Both the position numbers and the translations under genes were made by a program. The notes below the pieces were generated by a model, which was not told the origin of the DNA, did no database searches, and was given only the letters and a program-made list of their open reading frames with translations. A DNA stretch of 61,137 nucleotides, the filler included, from Dimargaris cristalligena (lineage: Eukaryota), in assembly GCA_003614675.1 (NCBI GenBank). It is 6 parts of 6 records of this genome, joined end to end, with 100 filler letters (N's around TTAATTAATTAA, not from the genome) between each part and the next. Parts side by side here need not be neighbours in the genome. Positions count along the whole stretch, not along the records: positions 10,330 to 20,439 come from ML003204.1; positions 20,540 to 30,647 come from ML003205.1; 4 more parts are not named here. The stretch is one strand, 5' to 3'. This document shows positions 12,949 through 25,000 of this stretch, piece after piece. Each line of letters opens with the position of its first letter. The stretch's first letter is position 1.

Positions 12949-15564
12949 TTATTGGGCTAACGCGCCATTCAAAGGGTTCGCCAATAAGTACCCAAGGTCA
13001 TTGAAGAGTCCTGCGGCAGCAGACCGCCAGTCCTCGTCCTTTAAACGATCAGTGTGAACCAGATCGCCCAACACCGCGTAAATTCGGCTTAACGACCATT
13101 CCCAGTACCCCGGCTGACCAAAGTAATCCGGCGAATCGAGCAAACCCGACCTGTAGTGGGGGTGGCCCCGGTGAATCCAAGTCCACGACGGGATTTCCTT
13201 CAACTGCAACGGTGGCGACTGAGTTAGGGTGGATAAATATTTCCCGTCGGTACCATTCGCTTGACGGCAGGAGGGGGGGAACCAACCGGCGGCCCATAAT
13301 TGAGCCACCAAAGACCGGGCCTTAAATGCCAACAGTCGATAAAAATCCGCAAAGTGGATGCCGTGGTTAGCTCGTAAGAGAAGTTGGCAGTGTGCGGACC
13401 ACCCTTCCATACCCGCGCAGTCCCGAATCGCATGTTCAACTAGATCGAGCTCACGCACCAGAGTTCCGTAGAGGTCGGGTAAATTGCATGCATTGGCCCA
13501 ATTATGGTTGATGGAAATGGTTTCGCCCTACAGCACCAGATAGCAGTGATGGGAAAGGGAGAGCGCATTTAGGTTATTTTTGTTAGCGCGATTCATTGCG
13601 GATGATGGTTCGAGTCCCCATTTCAAAACGGGGGCTGAGGTATATGGTCATAATTGGTAAGGATGTGGACATCAATTCCTTTAATACAGGATCAAATATA
13701 TTTGCATTATCTCGGCGTCAAACATAAACTTACGATATTTTCAACTTGGTGGGCCCAGCCAGACGGAACTACGGGGTATATACAATGCCGATTTATGACG
13801 GGATGAATAATTCCGCATAAATTGAACAGTCTTCATTCATTAAACATGAGTAATACTGAAAGCGCAATCCAACTGGGAGCCATTTTATATGATCCCGATA
13901 TTTATAAAATTACAATACAATACAGTATATCTATATAACCAAAACTTACCAAATAGCGTTTGCCCTGGTAACTGATAAACTTGAAACCGGGTGGCATTCT
14001 CAAAGTGGGGAAATTGGGCATGGTTGTAATTATTAATATCGAACACCGTATTCCCAAATGAGTCGGTGAAAGTACTTTCCTGTCCCGGCGGATACATGGT
14101 CCATAGTTTGATTCCGCAAATGTTGGTGCTCCACGAATACGACCTGGGTCGGTAAAGGATTATACGAAATGCACTGGCTTGGTATAGGAAGTATGTTAGT
14201 GGGTATCACTAAATCGAGTAGGAGGGGTGTTATGCATAGCAAGATTATACATATACGTATTTATAAACGGCGACCATCCTAGCAAGACACATTTAAGACC
14301 AATTCTTGGAAAACGTACCGAAAAACATCTGTATGGAAGGGTGTCCATGTTCGATGGCCACCAATGTAGACAAAGCGGTAGTCATCGTCCGAATCGGTTC
14401 GATGGTCCCAAAATTCGTTAATCCAATCGTCTGGATTTGGTCAATTATGTGGATTCAATTTATGTCCTATATAAACTAGCGTAAATTAGGTTCTTCAATT
14501 CGTCGCCAAACATCAGGCTAATGTCTCTACCAGTTATTCTAATCAACGGGCAATGGTGGCGCGGGTATGCTACCAAAAGACCCCGGTGGATCTGGGGTTG
14601 GGAGCTGAGGTGCCTACCTATTTAAAGCAATGGTATTATATGTATAGCAAGGTCCGCTGGAGCCCTTTCTACCTCTCCATTCCAGGTTCTTACCAGTAAA
14701 TAAGGCGGGCGTGGCGTAGGCAGCGACATTGGGATAGTCTTTGACCAAATGCCAATCCTTCAAGTAAAACTGGCCCACCGACACGTCTGTTTTCGAGAGA
14801 ACGTCATTTGTGGTTGAGGGATTCGACCTACAGTGCACCAGATTGTCGAATAGGGCCCCGATGTGATCGCCCGTGACCTCTTCTGGTGGGATTTGGCCCA
14901 GGGTGTGCAGTCGTTCAACCAGTATGTTTCCAACCTTGGCTGGAACCGAACCGGAGATGGGATGATTGGAAAGGGGGCTCAAATGATTTTGGATGAACTC
15001 CCGGAAAGTGGTCGCCTGAACCGACATACACCCATTTTCACCATCTTCCGGCAACGGGCAGCAATCGGCCACACTGACTTGGGCTTCACCAAACTGGGCC
15101 AAAAGGTAGCCGCGGTCGGGTATCCGCCAGGGCAATGCATGTGAGTCGGGTGGTCCGGGAGTAGCCGAGGGTAAGGTCATTTCTTGACGGGCTTTACAGC
15201 CGGTTTCTAAAAATGACGGTTCTGCAGTAAATGTCCGGGAGGTTGGGCAGAGGGCCAACGGCGTAGCGCCGAAAGTGGCCACGAGGCCTTCCAGCAGATT
15301 GAGAAGCGCCTCATTTCGACGATTCCATTGCGTTTTCCAATAGCTTAGTTTGGCCTGCCAGACTGGGAGGTCTAATGGATTCGCTGGTTGCGAGCCCTGG
15401 GGTGAATGTGGAGGTTGATGGACGACCCAGTGGTGGTGAGCAGGCCAGGGGGAAGTGAGTGAGGGGCCGAGGAGAACGGGTAGATTGGGAATGAGAAAAG
15501 AGTGGCAGAACTCCTCGGGGGAGAGGGAGTCCCGGTAGGGAATAGACTCGGGGAGCGACAGCAT
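12949..15564 (-). CDS. JMJD4: 2-oxoglutarate/Fe(II) JmjC oxygenase JMJD4 (eRF1 lysyl hydroxylase family)
   Basis: Exons 15564-14694, 14430-14319, 14143-13950, 13768-13734, 13527-12949; FLIPNLPV, YLKDWH, DDWINEFW, DDYRFVY, TPFHTDVFRSYSWSTN, VPSGWAHQVEN, ISINHNW, CQLLLRANHG. Confidence 0.92.
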
Positions 15565-16825
15565 GAGGGGGGAGGTGGCTGGCTCTACAAAACCGATTTA
15601 TAAAAAGAAGAGAAATAAAACAAGCCAGCTGTTGGGTTACTGGGCTCATAAGGAGTTGTAAACTGTAATTTCCGGTAACATTTACTACTGGGCTATCAAT
15701 ACGCGGCCATACTACTACTACCACTACTATTCGAGCCCAATGGCTCGGTGGGGCTTGTCCACCCAGTGGTGATGATGATGACGACGGGGTTTATTCGGGC
15801 CAAACCAATAGTATTGTAAATAGCCTTGGTAAGGGTATAAAAATTTCCCGACTCCGTATTTGTTAAGAGTTGACTCTCGCGCCAGGCTGATTTATTAATG
15901 TTTGCGGATATTAATCGGTGTGGGCATTTATATGGGCGAGTTTTATAATGGCTCGCGCAGGTGCTGCCTTGGCATGCTGGTGGATGGTTCGGGTGCAGAT
16001 AGAGCGTCGTTTCTAGGGGGGGGCTTCACACACCACACTCGCGCTCTGGTTAGTCTCGCCAGGTTTTTGCGTATCTAAAATCCAGCGTCTACGGCTACAG
16101 CTATGTGGATTGAATCCGAATCCACCTCTGCTGTAGGGCGTGTCATTTTCTGTTATAGCAGCCCAGCTGCATTCGGTGAATGTTCCTTTTTTCTCTTTAG
16201 GTTTCTTGGCGGCATCTTCGCGCCCCGACTGACTTGGCAGATTATTCCAACCAAGCCCAGTGAGGATATGGCCCAGGATGGGGCACACACACACAACATA
16301 TAGAAGTAGTTCAGCCAGGCTGGAACAATATCCCAGCAATTGCCGGATATAATTGAGAGGCAGAAAACACAGCCTATCCGCCCGGGTCGATCATAGAGTA
16401 GAAGGAGAGACAAGTCTTAGACCAAGCGAAAGAGAAGTATTGAGTGGTAAGTATGGAATTCTACCACTTCTATTAATGGGCAGGGCCTCCGCAGGCATAG
16501 GCAATATACACCACCACTGGCCCCACTATCCTCACTAATGCATACAGCCTGTATGCCTTCACTGCCTCTGCCACAGGCGCACAAAGGGACCAGGCGGAGC
16601 CTTCCTCTGCCCTTTTCTTCCCCTTCTTCTTTGTCCGTTCCTCTCTTCACTAAACTAATTCCCCCCACTTGTCCCATCCCTCTCATAACTTCCATTTCCT
16701 CCCTCTAACGGACTATTCCAATACAGCCCACTCACAAACCCATACCTCGTATATTCCTCGTCAAGCCTCCCACCAATACCACCACCCAGCCCATACACTG
16801 AGCGAGAGAACAGGTTCTAGTTACC

Positions 16826-19561
16826 ATGGCGACCCATCCCGCCCTGACCCCCGTTCCACGCCTAAGCCAGCCGGTATGCACTTATTATTTACTGCTCTCA
16901 AAGGGTCGCTCTATGGAGCTCATGGATGTATGCACTGCCCCTAAGTCCCCAATAGAGGCTTCACATTGAAGTTGATTAGCCTGGGCTGGTCTGGGTCGAG
17001 AGAGTAGAGAAGAGTGGGCACCCCTTCTATCCATGTACCTTCTCCGCCCATACACCAATCGAATTCTGCCCAGTATCCATTAATTAAACAACTACCTACA
17101 CACACATATATATATACTCTACCCGCCGGACTTCCTCTCAATTTCAACACAGACCCACACCCCGGACCCCGTTTCAATTGCTTCCCCACCCCGACCCCCG
17201 TTAGTCGGCGGTATGGCTAGTGGCAATATTGCTTTACCGACCCATGTCACATTTCGGGATGTGCCGCCGTTACCCACTGAAGGAGATGCCCCACCCTTCA
17301 TATCAGATGGGGCCGTCGATCCTGTCATCGCTACCACGTCCCTTGAATATCATTCCTCAACTAGCCTGTCTGCCGCCCCTAATCTATCGCTCGATAACCA
17401 GTTGATCTGGAAGAAGGGTGACCTCGTCAAACGATCGGGTAAACTGAAGGTAAACATTGCCCCATAATGCGCATACCCCAAACTGGCCCCAGTAGAATGA
17501 AGTCCTGACAGTATTGGCTCGACTCGGGGTTTATGTACCTCGATTAATACCGTTGGGGTTTTTAGTCATTCTCACAACTCCGCTTTGTTTCTGGCACGAT
17601 TCGCGTAACACCATTATATATACTTATTGATACTCTAATATACTTTGCTAATCGGCGTTTGGCCCCGCAGGTTTGGAAAAAGAAATGGTTCGTGCTTCGC
17701 TCAAACTGCCTGGCCTGCTATAAAAGTGAAAAGGTAGTCAATTTTTACCGTGGCTCTGACTACTCAACGACCAAAAGCCCCTCCTAACATTCGGGCTGGA
17801 CAATGGTGTCATAACATTGCCTACCCATTTATCCTAAATCTCATATATTCTTAAATTATCTGTCACCACCACTGTATTTAACATTACAGGAATATGAATT
17901 GATGGGTATGATCAACCTCAAGGACATTCGAATCGTCTCCGAGGTCACTAAGCGGCTTCGCCCCAATACAATCGGTATTATCACCCTGAATAAGATTTAC
18001 TACCTACAGGCCGACAATGTTGCTCTGATGAACGACTGGATTCATGCCCTTACGCTAGCCAGCCAGCACGCCCGAGGCCAGCCTATACCCACCACCGCCG
18101 TAGCCCCCTCGCTCCTTCCACGGCATTCATCGAATTCGATTGCGTCGGCTCGGTTGGCTTCCCCCAACGGTAATACGCCTAATAACTACTACCATCTAAC
18201 GCCTGGTATGGGTCTAGGTCTAAACATGGGTTCCTTAAACTTACCCCATACTCGACAATCAGCATCCCGGTCAATTTCCCACGGATCAGCACGCGTGCGG
18301 TCGAATACAACGACCGACCAAACTCTAGCGGGGTACAGCATGACTAACTCGGCCCTGGGCAGCCCTGCCTCCCCATTGCGTCCACAACCACCAAACTCGC
18401 TTCCGCTACCGCGGCTAACCATCACCACAGGCCAACGAAACATAGTATCCGCATCCCCGGCATCGGCCCCTCATGACCGTAACCCGGATGCCCCCCAATT
18501 CCCTACCAGCGTGGGCACCCGTCATTGGCCTTTACCGACGACGGCCATCGCCACTACTAGCAATTCCCTCACTGGATTGGCCTTAGAACCCCTGATTGAA
18601 GAGGATCGTGAGCTTATTGGCGACGATGCCAACCCTGGGCTAACCGCTGGTCCCGATGTTACAATCACTGTTATCAACGGCGATATCAGCGGCCTGGACG
18701 GCGGTGCTTCGGCCGGCAGTGATAGGGGGATGGGGGGTGACGGTGACATTGACATTATCGTTGAGGATAGTGGAGGTGAAAGTTCAGATGAGGATGAGCT
18801 TTCCATTACGGTATACGACCCCAGTTTCCAAGAAGCATTCAACAGTGCGGAGATTTTTCACCGCGGCTATCTATTGAAACGCGACAAGTATAAGGTAGGT
18901 TACAAATGCATTGAGCCCACCACTCGGATACTCCAATTTGAAAGCAATGCAGCCTGACCCAGGCGTGTCATACATGCGGGTATTCTATTAATGCATTACC
19001 TTGTCTCACTCATCGGCTACTCGAACTAAACTATACGTAAGAGTAATGTTGTCTAATTTTATGCACGTATGGATTGGTGGGATTAGCAATGGCGCAAGCG
19101 ATGGTTTGTGCTCCGGATGCGCAGTCTATCGTACTACAAGAATAACAAGGTAAGCATATCGCAATGACTATAGGATTATCTGTCTAATGTTTTCGGTGGG
19201 CTGCATAAATTTTTTAAAAATAAACTTCTGCATTTGTGACATTTCTGCAGCCAACCCTTATTCCCTATGCTAACAAGGCTCATATTCTGCTCACTATTTT
19301 GTGGTACTCTCTGAAAAATTCACCAACCAAACCAACCCATAGGAACAAGGCCCACCCCGAGTCATTCTGCTGGAAAAAGTCACCAGTATCCGTGAACCCC
19401 GACCTGATTCCCACAAGAGTAAACGCCCATGTATTTGCTTAAGCACCCCCAAACGGAGCTATTGGCTGTGCGGGGAAAATAAGCATTGTATCGATACGTG
19501 GTCCGATTATTTACGGATGCTAACTCAAAACAACAACCATAACAATATTCTCGCCGAGTAA
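16826..19561 (+). CDS. Tandem PH-domain protein (Opy1-like), ~564 aa
   Basis: Exons 16826-16873, 17153-17449, 17671-17733, 17890-18894, 19087-19149, 19343-19561, all introns phase 0; KKGDLVKR..WKKKWFVLR..DWIHAL and RGYLLKR..WRKRWFVLR..DTW separated by a disordered linker. Confidence 0.85.
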
Positions 19562-20439
19562 AATTGAACGAAAGGTGTCCTATTTTGTACCTGAACCTTT
19601 TACCCTCATTTCATTTTGTTTCTCCATCTACTTTTTATTGCCCACCATCCCCCTCTTCACCCCTTTCTTTCCCACCTCCGTTTTTTTTTTGCTTTACCAC
19701 TATACACCCTTCACCTACCCCTTTCTACTTTAAGTGAATGCCCTCATTTAACGACAATAATTTTGTGGTGAATGGGCTTTCATTCATTAGGTTTGCATAT
19801 TAGGACTGGGTGGGCCATATATCATGTGTACTCCAATTAAAATACTCACTTTGTACTATATCGGGGAAAGATGCAGTCTGGCTGTAAATATATTAAAGTT
19901 GAATATCAGTAGGAGAACCAGTGGTACACTTTTTGAACTGTAGATACACATGCAGCTGGCGAAGTTGTCGCCACACGGTTACACTGAACACATAGGATTT
20001 TTTAACCCTTATTAGTGTAAATTATAGTGGGCTCTTGCCCAAAATGATCCAGGAGCCTTTAAATGAGGCACACATTATGGGTCATAAATTTTATAGTCGA
20101 ATGACTTGTAGTAGGACCTATATGCAAAAAAAAAACCACATAATTCTTTGGCTATATCCAGAAACAGTAAAAGTGATTGCTACAAAATAAAAAAGTTGTA
20201 GCACCAACTATTCCCAAGTGGTCACCCACCTCAGTACTAAATTGGCTGATCGGGGCTTATCTTCGCAGATCTAACGGGATACGGAGCATATACCAACATG
20301 TGGCCACAACTGAAAGTGTTACAATGTTGGGTAATATAAATAGTAATAAAATAAAATTATAATAGAAATAATACCCTCGGGTACTCAAAAATAACTAAAA
20401 CATAATCAAACTTCCGCAGAAGTGCTATCTGGTGAATTC

Positions 20440-20539
20440 NNNNNNNNNNNNNNNNNNNNNNNNNNNNNNNNNNNNNNNNNNNNTTAATTAATTAANNNNN
20501 NNNNNNNNNNNNNNNNNNNNNNNNNNNNNNNNNNNNNNN
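20440..20539. other. Artificial contig spacer
   Basis: N44-TTAATTAATTAA-N44. Confidence 0.97.
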
Positions 20540-21298
20540 ATGCGAACCTCGTGGACGGCATGTCAGTGGCTCGACCACCCTAGGGCTGGGAGAACGGTAG
20601 AGACTTAATGCCAATCTATCGGGGAATCCGAATTGTAAGCCAGCCAGGGAAACGAACCTCTCGTCATCGAAAGGTTTCGGCGGTTTAAAGCTAGCCTCGT
20701 TTATCATTCAAAATTGAATGACTTAGTCCTCCAGCAAGCCAGGTATGGTGTTTTCCCATTTGTACGACCTTGGTTAGTGATTGGTTCATTATGGAGGGTT
20801 GGGTAAAGGTGGGTATATATAAAACAGGGATGGCAGAATGGAGGCTGCGATATTGACTAACAAATGGACTATATCCGGAGGCTACTCCATTATATTGCCG
20901 GAACAGTCCACCCTTACCGCCAAAGTCCACTTCGGGGACTATTATGGTATGGTCAAATTGGGATCATCAATATAAAATCACCTATAGAGAGGCTTGTCCT
21001 TATGGATAGGGAACCCGACAAGCTAAGGATAATACTGCCAGACACAACTCCCGCGGATCAGCCAGACATTGATATGCGGATATTGGCCGTTATATTGGCA
21101 CAATCTACTTTCAAGGATTCTTAATTATACCATCCGCCTCATCCGCCCCATTCACCTCTATTCAATTGTTGGCGCCCTCGTGTTGGTTTCTCTGTGCGAC
21201 ATTAAAACGAGAGGAAATCGAAAGATTGGCAGCACCAATAATCGTCAATGGGCCAGGGTTGAACGCCATTATCCCCAAGGCATTAATTTACTCCATAT

Positions 21299-21434
21299 GG
21301 GTGAAATTCGGACCAGCTGTATAAGGTTAGAAATGATACGTGTATGTGAGAATCCGTGGAATATTTATTTTTAACCAGTACTATTTGCCTCATCCAACGG
21401 ATTTTTCGTTATACAACCAAGTTGAACCTCTCCC
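21299..21434 (+). mobile_element. MITE family copy 1 (136 bp)
   Basis: ATAT|GGGTGAAATTCGG...GTTGAACCTCTCCC|ATAT; internal sequence shared with the other copies. Confidence 0.85.
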
Positions 21435-21831
21435 ATATGGCCAAGGTGATCGTGGCATCCTCCATTAAACCCACCATTGAACGTGAACTATTATAGAGCC
21501 GGGGGTTGGGCAATGTTCCGTGTGGGCGCTGGTCGCCCCTATTATTCGTTTAATATCCGACGGTTTGATCATTTTCCTATCCGCTGGATGGTTTCCCTCC
21601 CCGTCTCTTGAAGACTATAGGGAGTTCACATTGACGGGATTGCTCTGCCATCCAGCCTGTGACCTGTGGACCTAGATCTGTATATATACCATTAAATACC
21701 TCCCTCATTTTACCCAACAACATCCACAATTTGCCTTCATTTACACATTAACAATCAACCTTCACTTCCCATTCGCCCTTTCCTACCAACGTTATTTACT
21801 CTTAGGACCATCTTCACTGTCTTGCACTACC

Positions 21832-22098
21832 ATGTATTTCTCCCTGCCAACTGCCGCCTTACTCGCCCTGGCCACTGTGACCTGTTCCCTGACTACTGTC
21901 AGTTCATCTTTACCCCTTGGCTTAGAATGTATCCACCCCTAGGCCATTAATCTTTATCGCCGTGCTGCTGTAAGCTCTTCTAAAGTCGCCCCGGTGAAAT
22001 ACCCCATGAAGAAGGCGATCATACCTACTCAAAAAACAGGTCTCGCGTCCCCCTTGGATAGATTCAAGCCGACCAGCCATCCCATATGGGCAAATTAG
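21832..22098 (+). pseudogene. Small secreted prepropeptide with one in-frame TAG (pseudogene or sequencing error)
   Basis: MYFSLPTAALLALATVTCSLTTVSS signal-like N-terminus, TAG at 21940-21942, then AINLYRR and 44 more codons; TATA-like sequence near 21682. Confidence 0.45.
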
Positions 22099-25000
22099 AC
22101 TAGCGCTAAAAATTGATTGGTTCCATTCACTGAATTCATTTTCTAGGTCATTCGTCCCATGTTTATACCACCATTTTATATCGTTTTCTATAGTCTGCAT
22201 CCATAGCACTCTAAATAAAACCAATCGGGTGTATTTACCAATGCCTCCTGCGATTGTTTCTAAACTTTGATACTCTTTTGCATAACCGCAGTAATACTAT
22301 ATGGCTGTGATATACATTTAATAATACAATACAACTATACCAGGTGGCTATATGTAGAGTAGTAAAGTGGATTCACTCAAAATTAATTGGGAAATCATTT
22401 TCTGGTAATTTGTGGCCATATTAATGGCGGTTACTAGCATCAGCTGCGGTTTGATTGTTTATTATTTATAAAACCTGGTTTGTTAATAAAGAGGCAGACA
22501 GTCTATAAAAGTAGTGCTTTCTCCAGTGTAGATGGTATACATTTTTGAGATAAACTTTGTTTCTTGGCATTCCTTAATTTTTAAACCCTTGAATGAATGT
22601 TTGGTAGTGGAAGTATTCAGTTAAGTATATGTACTACTGAGTACTTCTGTCATTCCCCTCTTTTTCATTTTACAAGGCCATTAGGAATCTTTAACTTGGT
22701 ATTTATTGCTGACACCCTCCAATATGACTGCCAATATAGTTTAATACATTGAAGAATTGTTATCAGTGACAAAAAACCATTTTTAGGCCCTGGCCACCAA
22801 ATGGCGCGGGCCAAAACCAGTTAATCGATGCAGTCATAATCTTCAAGTCAAGCACCTCCCAGATACTGTACCTGGTGGTGGGGCCATTCACCCGCACCGT
22901 AATTCCAATGGTAAGCCTGATTTGGGTATTTAAGTTTATTGTTTGACCATCAAACCATTGCTAAAAGCATCTGGTCCCAGACTGGGTGAGTTACTGTGGT
23001 GGAAAAGAGGCATTCTTGGAGATGGGCTCAGGTGTATGAAACTGCATAAGCATCTAACCTACTCAGAGAACTCTTCGCCAGTGGTGATTATTCCAAATTG
23101 AAAATGGCTTTAATATTTGCTTAAGGAGATTCTTACCCAATGGTAACTTTAATGATTTGTATGAGTTCGCCTCAACCTTTTAAACAGTAGCACAGTCCAC
23201 TGTGTATCCGGCCCTCTTCAAAAATATGCCCAATTCCTTATACTCTATACTTCCCTCACTTTTCCATTTTTTGCCCTTTACCCAACCTCTTACTCCCTGA
23301 TTTATTAAATCCTCTATATAGCGAGTGAAAAGGATTCCCGCCTAGTGTACGGCAAGGGCTATTGATTCAACATTGTTACGGATATATCGAGTTTTATACT
23401 GCTTAGATTCGACCCAAATGCATATGATTTTGAATGAAATATCAATGGTAAAATCTACAGCATGCATATTTATATATATATATATATAACTAACCACTCC
23501 GATCTCAGCAAAGTCATTTTCGGTTATTCGGCAGATTTAAACCTCACACTAGTTATTTGGTGGGTGGTGCATAGGAATAACAGTTTGTTGTGTGAAAGAA
23601 TAGGCTTACGTAAGGTCGGATTAATTTCAGGGGGATAGTACAATGGGGGGAGACCCTGGCCGGGCCTTCGCAATGTAATTCGCCCAATATCCTGCAGACT
23701 CACCTGTCATCCCAAGAGCCAGTGATATATGGCAAACCACTCACTATTTTCCTACCAGTCGTGGCCATCACAAGTCACATCCGGTGGCCACGCTGGTTCG
23801 AACCGTTAGGGCTACGTGGGGAAAAAGAAAGAAGAGGAGGCCAGGACCTTTCTTGGGAAAAGCTGGCGGGGGTGACCAGAGCGGCTTTATCCGCCCGACC
23901 CCTTCCGTATTCCACATCCCCAGCAGAAGTCACACCAGCTATACAATCTTAATATTTACCCCTAATTAACCACCGTCCGATGGGGTTGCCAACCGCATAG
24001 GGCTTTGAATGCAGATAATAATAAAAGTCGGAAATATATTCAGTCGTCCCTGCGGTATACTGCACCCGTCCGCCTTAGTCCGACCGCCTCATTGATTAGC
24101 CGCCTGGCCAAGCCCACTGCCAGAGGCACGCCGGCTTATTCGCATTAAAGAACCTGGATAGGGTGCCCTGAATGATGGACGTACCCTTCCCCCGCGTCAC
24201 ATGGCCATGTGTGATACGTATAGCCCTTTTATAGTAGAGCGAACCTGGGAATGCCACTATTTCCTTTGGCTAACCAAGCGGATGCTTCCGATATAAAGCG
24301 GAGTCCAGCTGGGCTAGACATCCAACGACCCTACTGGCCAACGCTCAATCCCATGGCCCCTCAACTTCCTCCTCTGGCATGGAAACACCCCCACTTGGTT
24401 AATCACACCCGTCGACTACTTTGACACCATTTCGCCGTCATTGATAACCTCTATTTGGAATGCCGCTCACATTGGAAGGATAAATCTCACCCACCCAACT
24501 TGGACCATCAGGACCGCGCTTCTACCAACGTGATTTACCCAACGGCTTACGTTGGTTTTGGTTTCCGGGTCTTCATTTGTCCCCAATGCTCGCCGCAGCT
24601 CCCTTTCCCTGATGACTCAGATTGACTACGAGGGAGTTTCCCGACTACCCTAATATACAGACACTCACCCATTTCCTGTTCCTGCTGTTTTCCAAGTTGG
24701 TCCCCGAATAGTATTAATTGGTCGGTTGTATTCACGGCAGGGTTGTATTAATAGGGCCCCCATTGAATAGCCCATCCCTATTGTATATAGTTCTATTAGA
24801 ACGGTACTATATATATATATATATAAACCGCCATCCCTACCACCACTATGCCTTCCTTTTTCACTCCATAGAGTCTCCAATCCACCACGTCAGCCCACTT
24901 TTTGAAATAGTTACCTGTTTTTATTATTATTATTATTATTATTTCGCCTGTAGCATTGCTGGTGTAAACTAATGTATTTTTACATGTAAACGAGCGCCTA

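Noticed and set aside
13607-13620. GGTTCGAGTCCC tRNA T-loop/B-box (similar motif at ~25458)
   Set aside because: No complete T stem, acceptor stem or cloverleaf.
3197-15564. Translation quality-control gene cluster (RQT4 + JMJD4)
   Set aside because: The genes are on different contigs; adjacency is artificial.
20540-21124. Gene fragment at the contig start (ORF 20864-21124)
   Set aside because: Plausible splice signals but no recognisable protein or consistent gene model.
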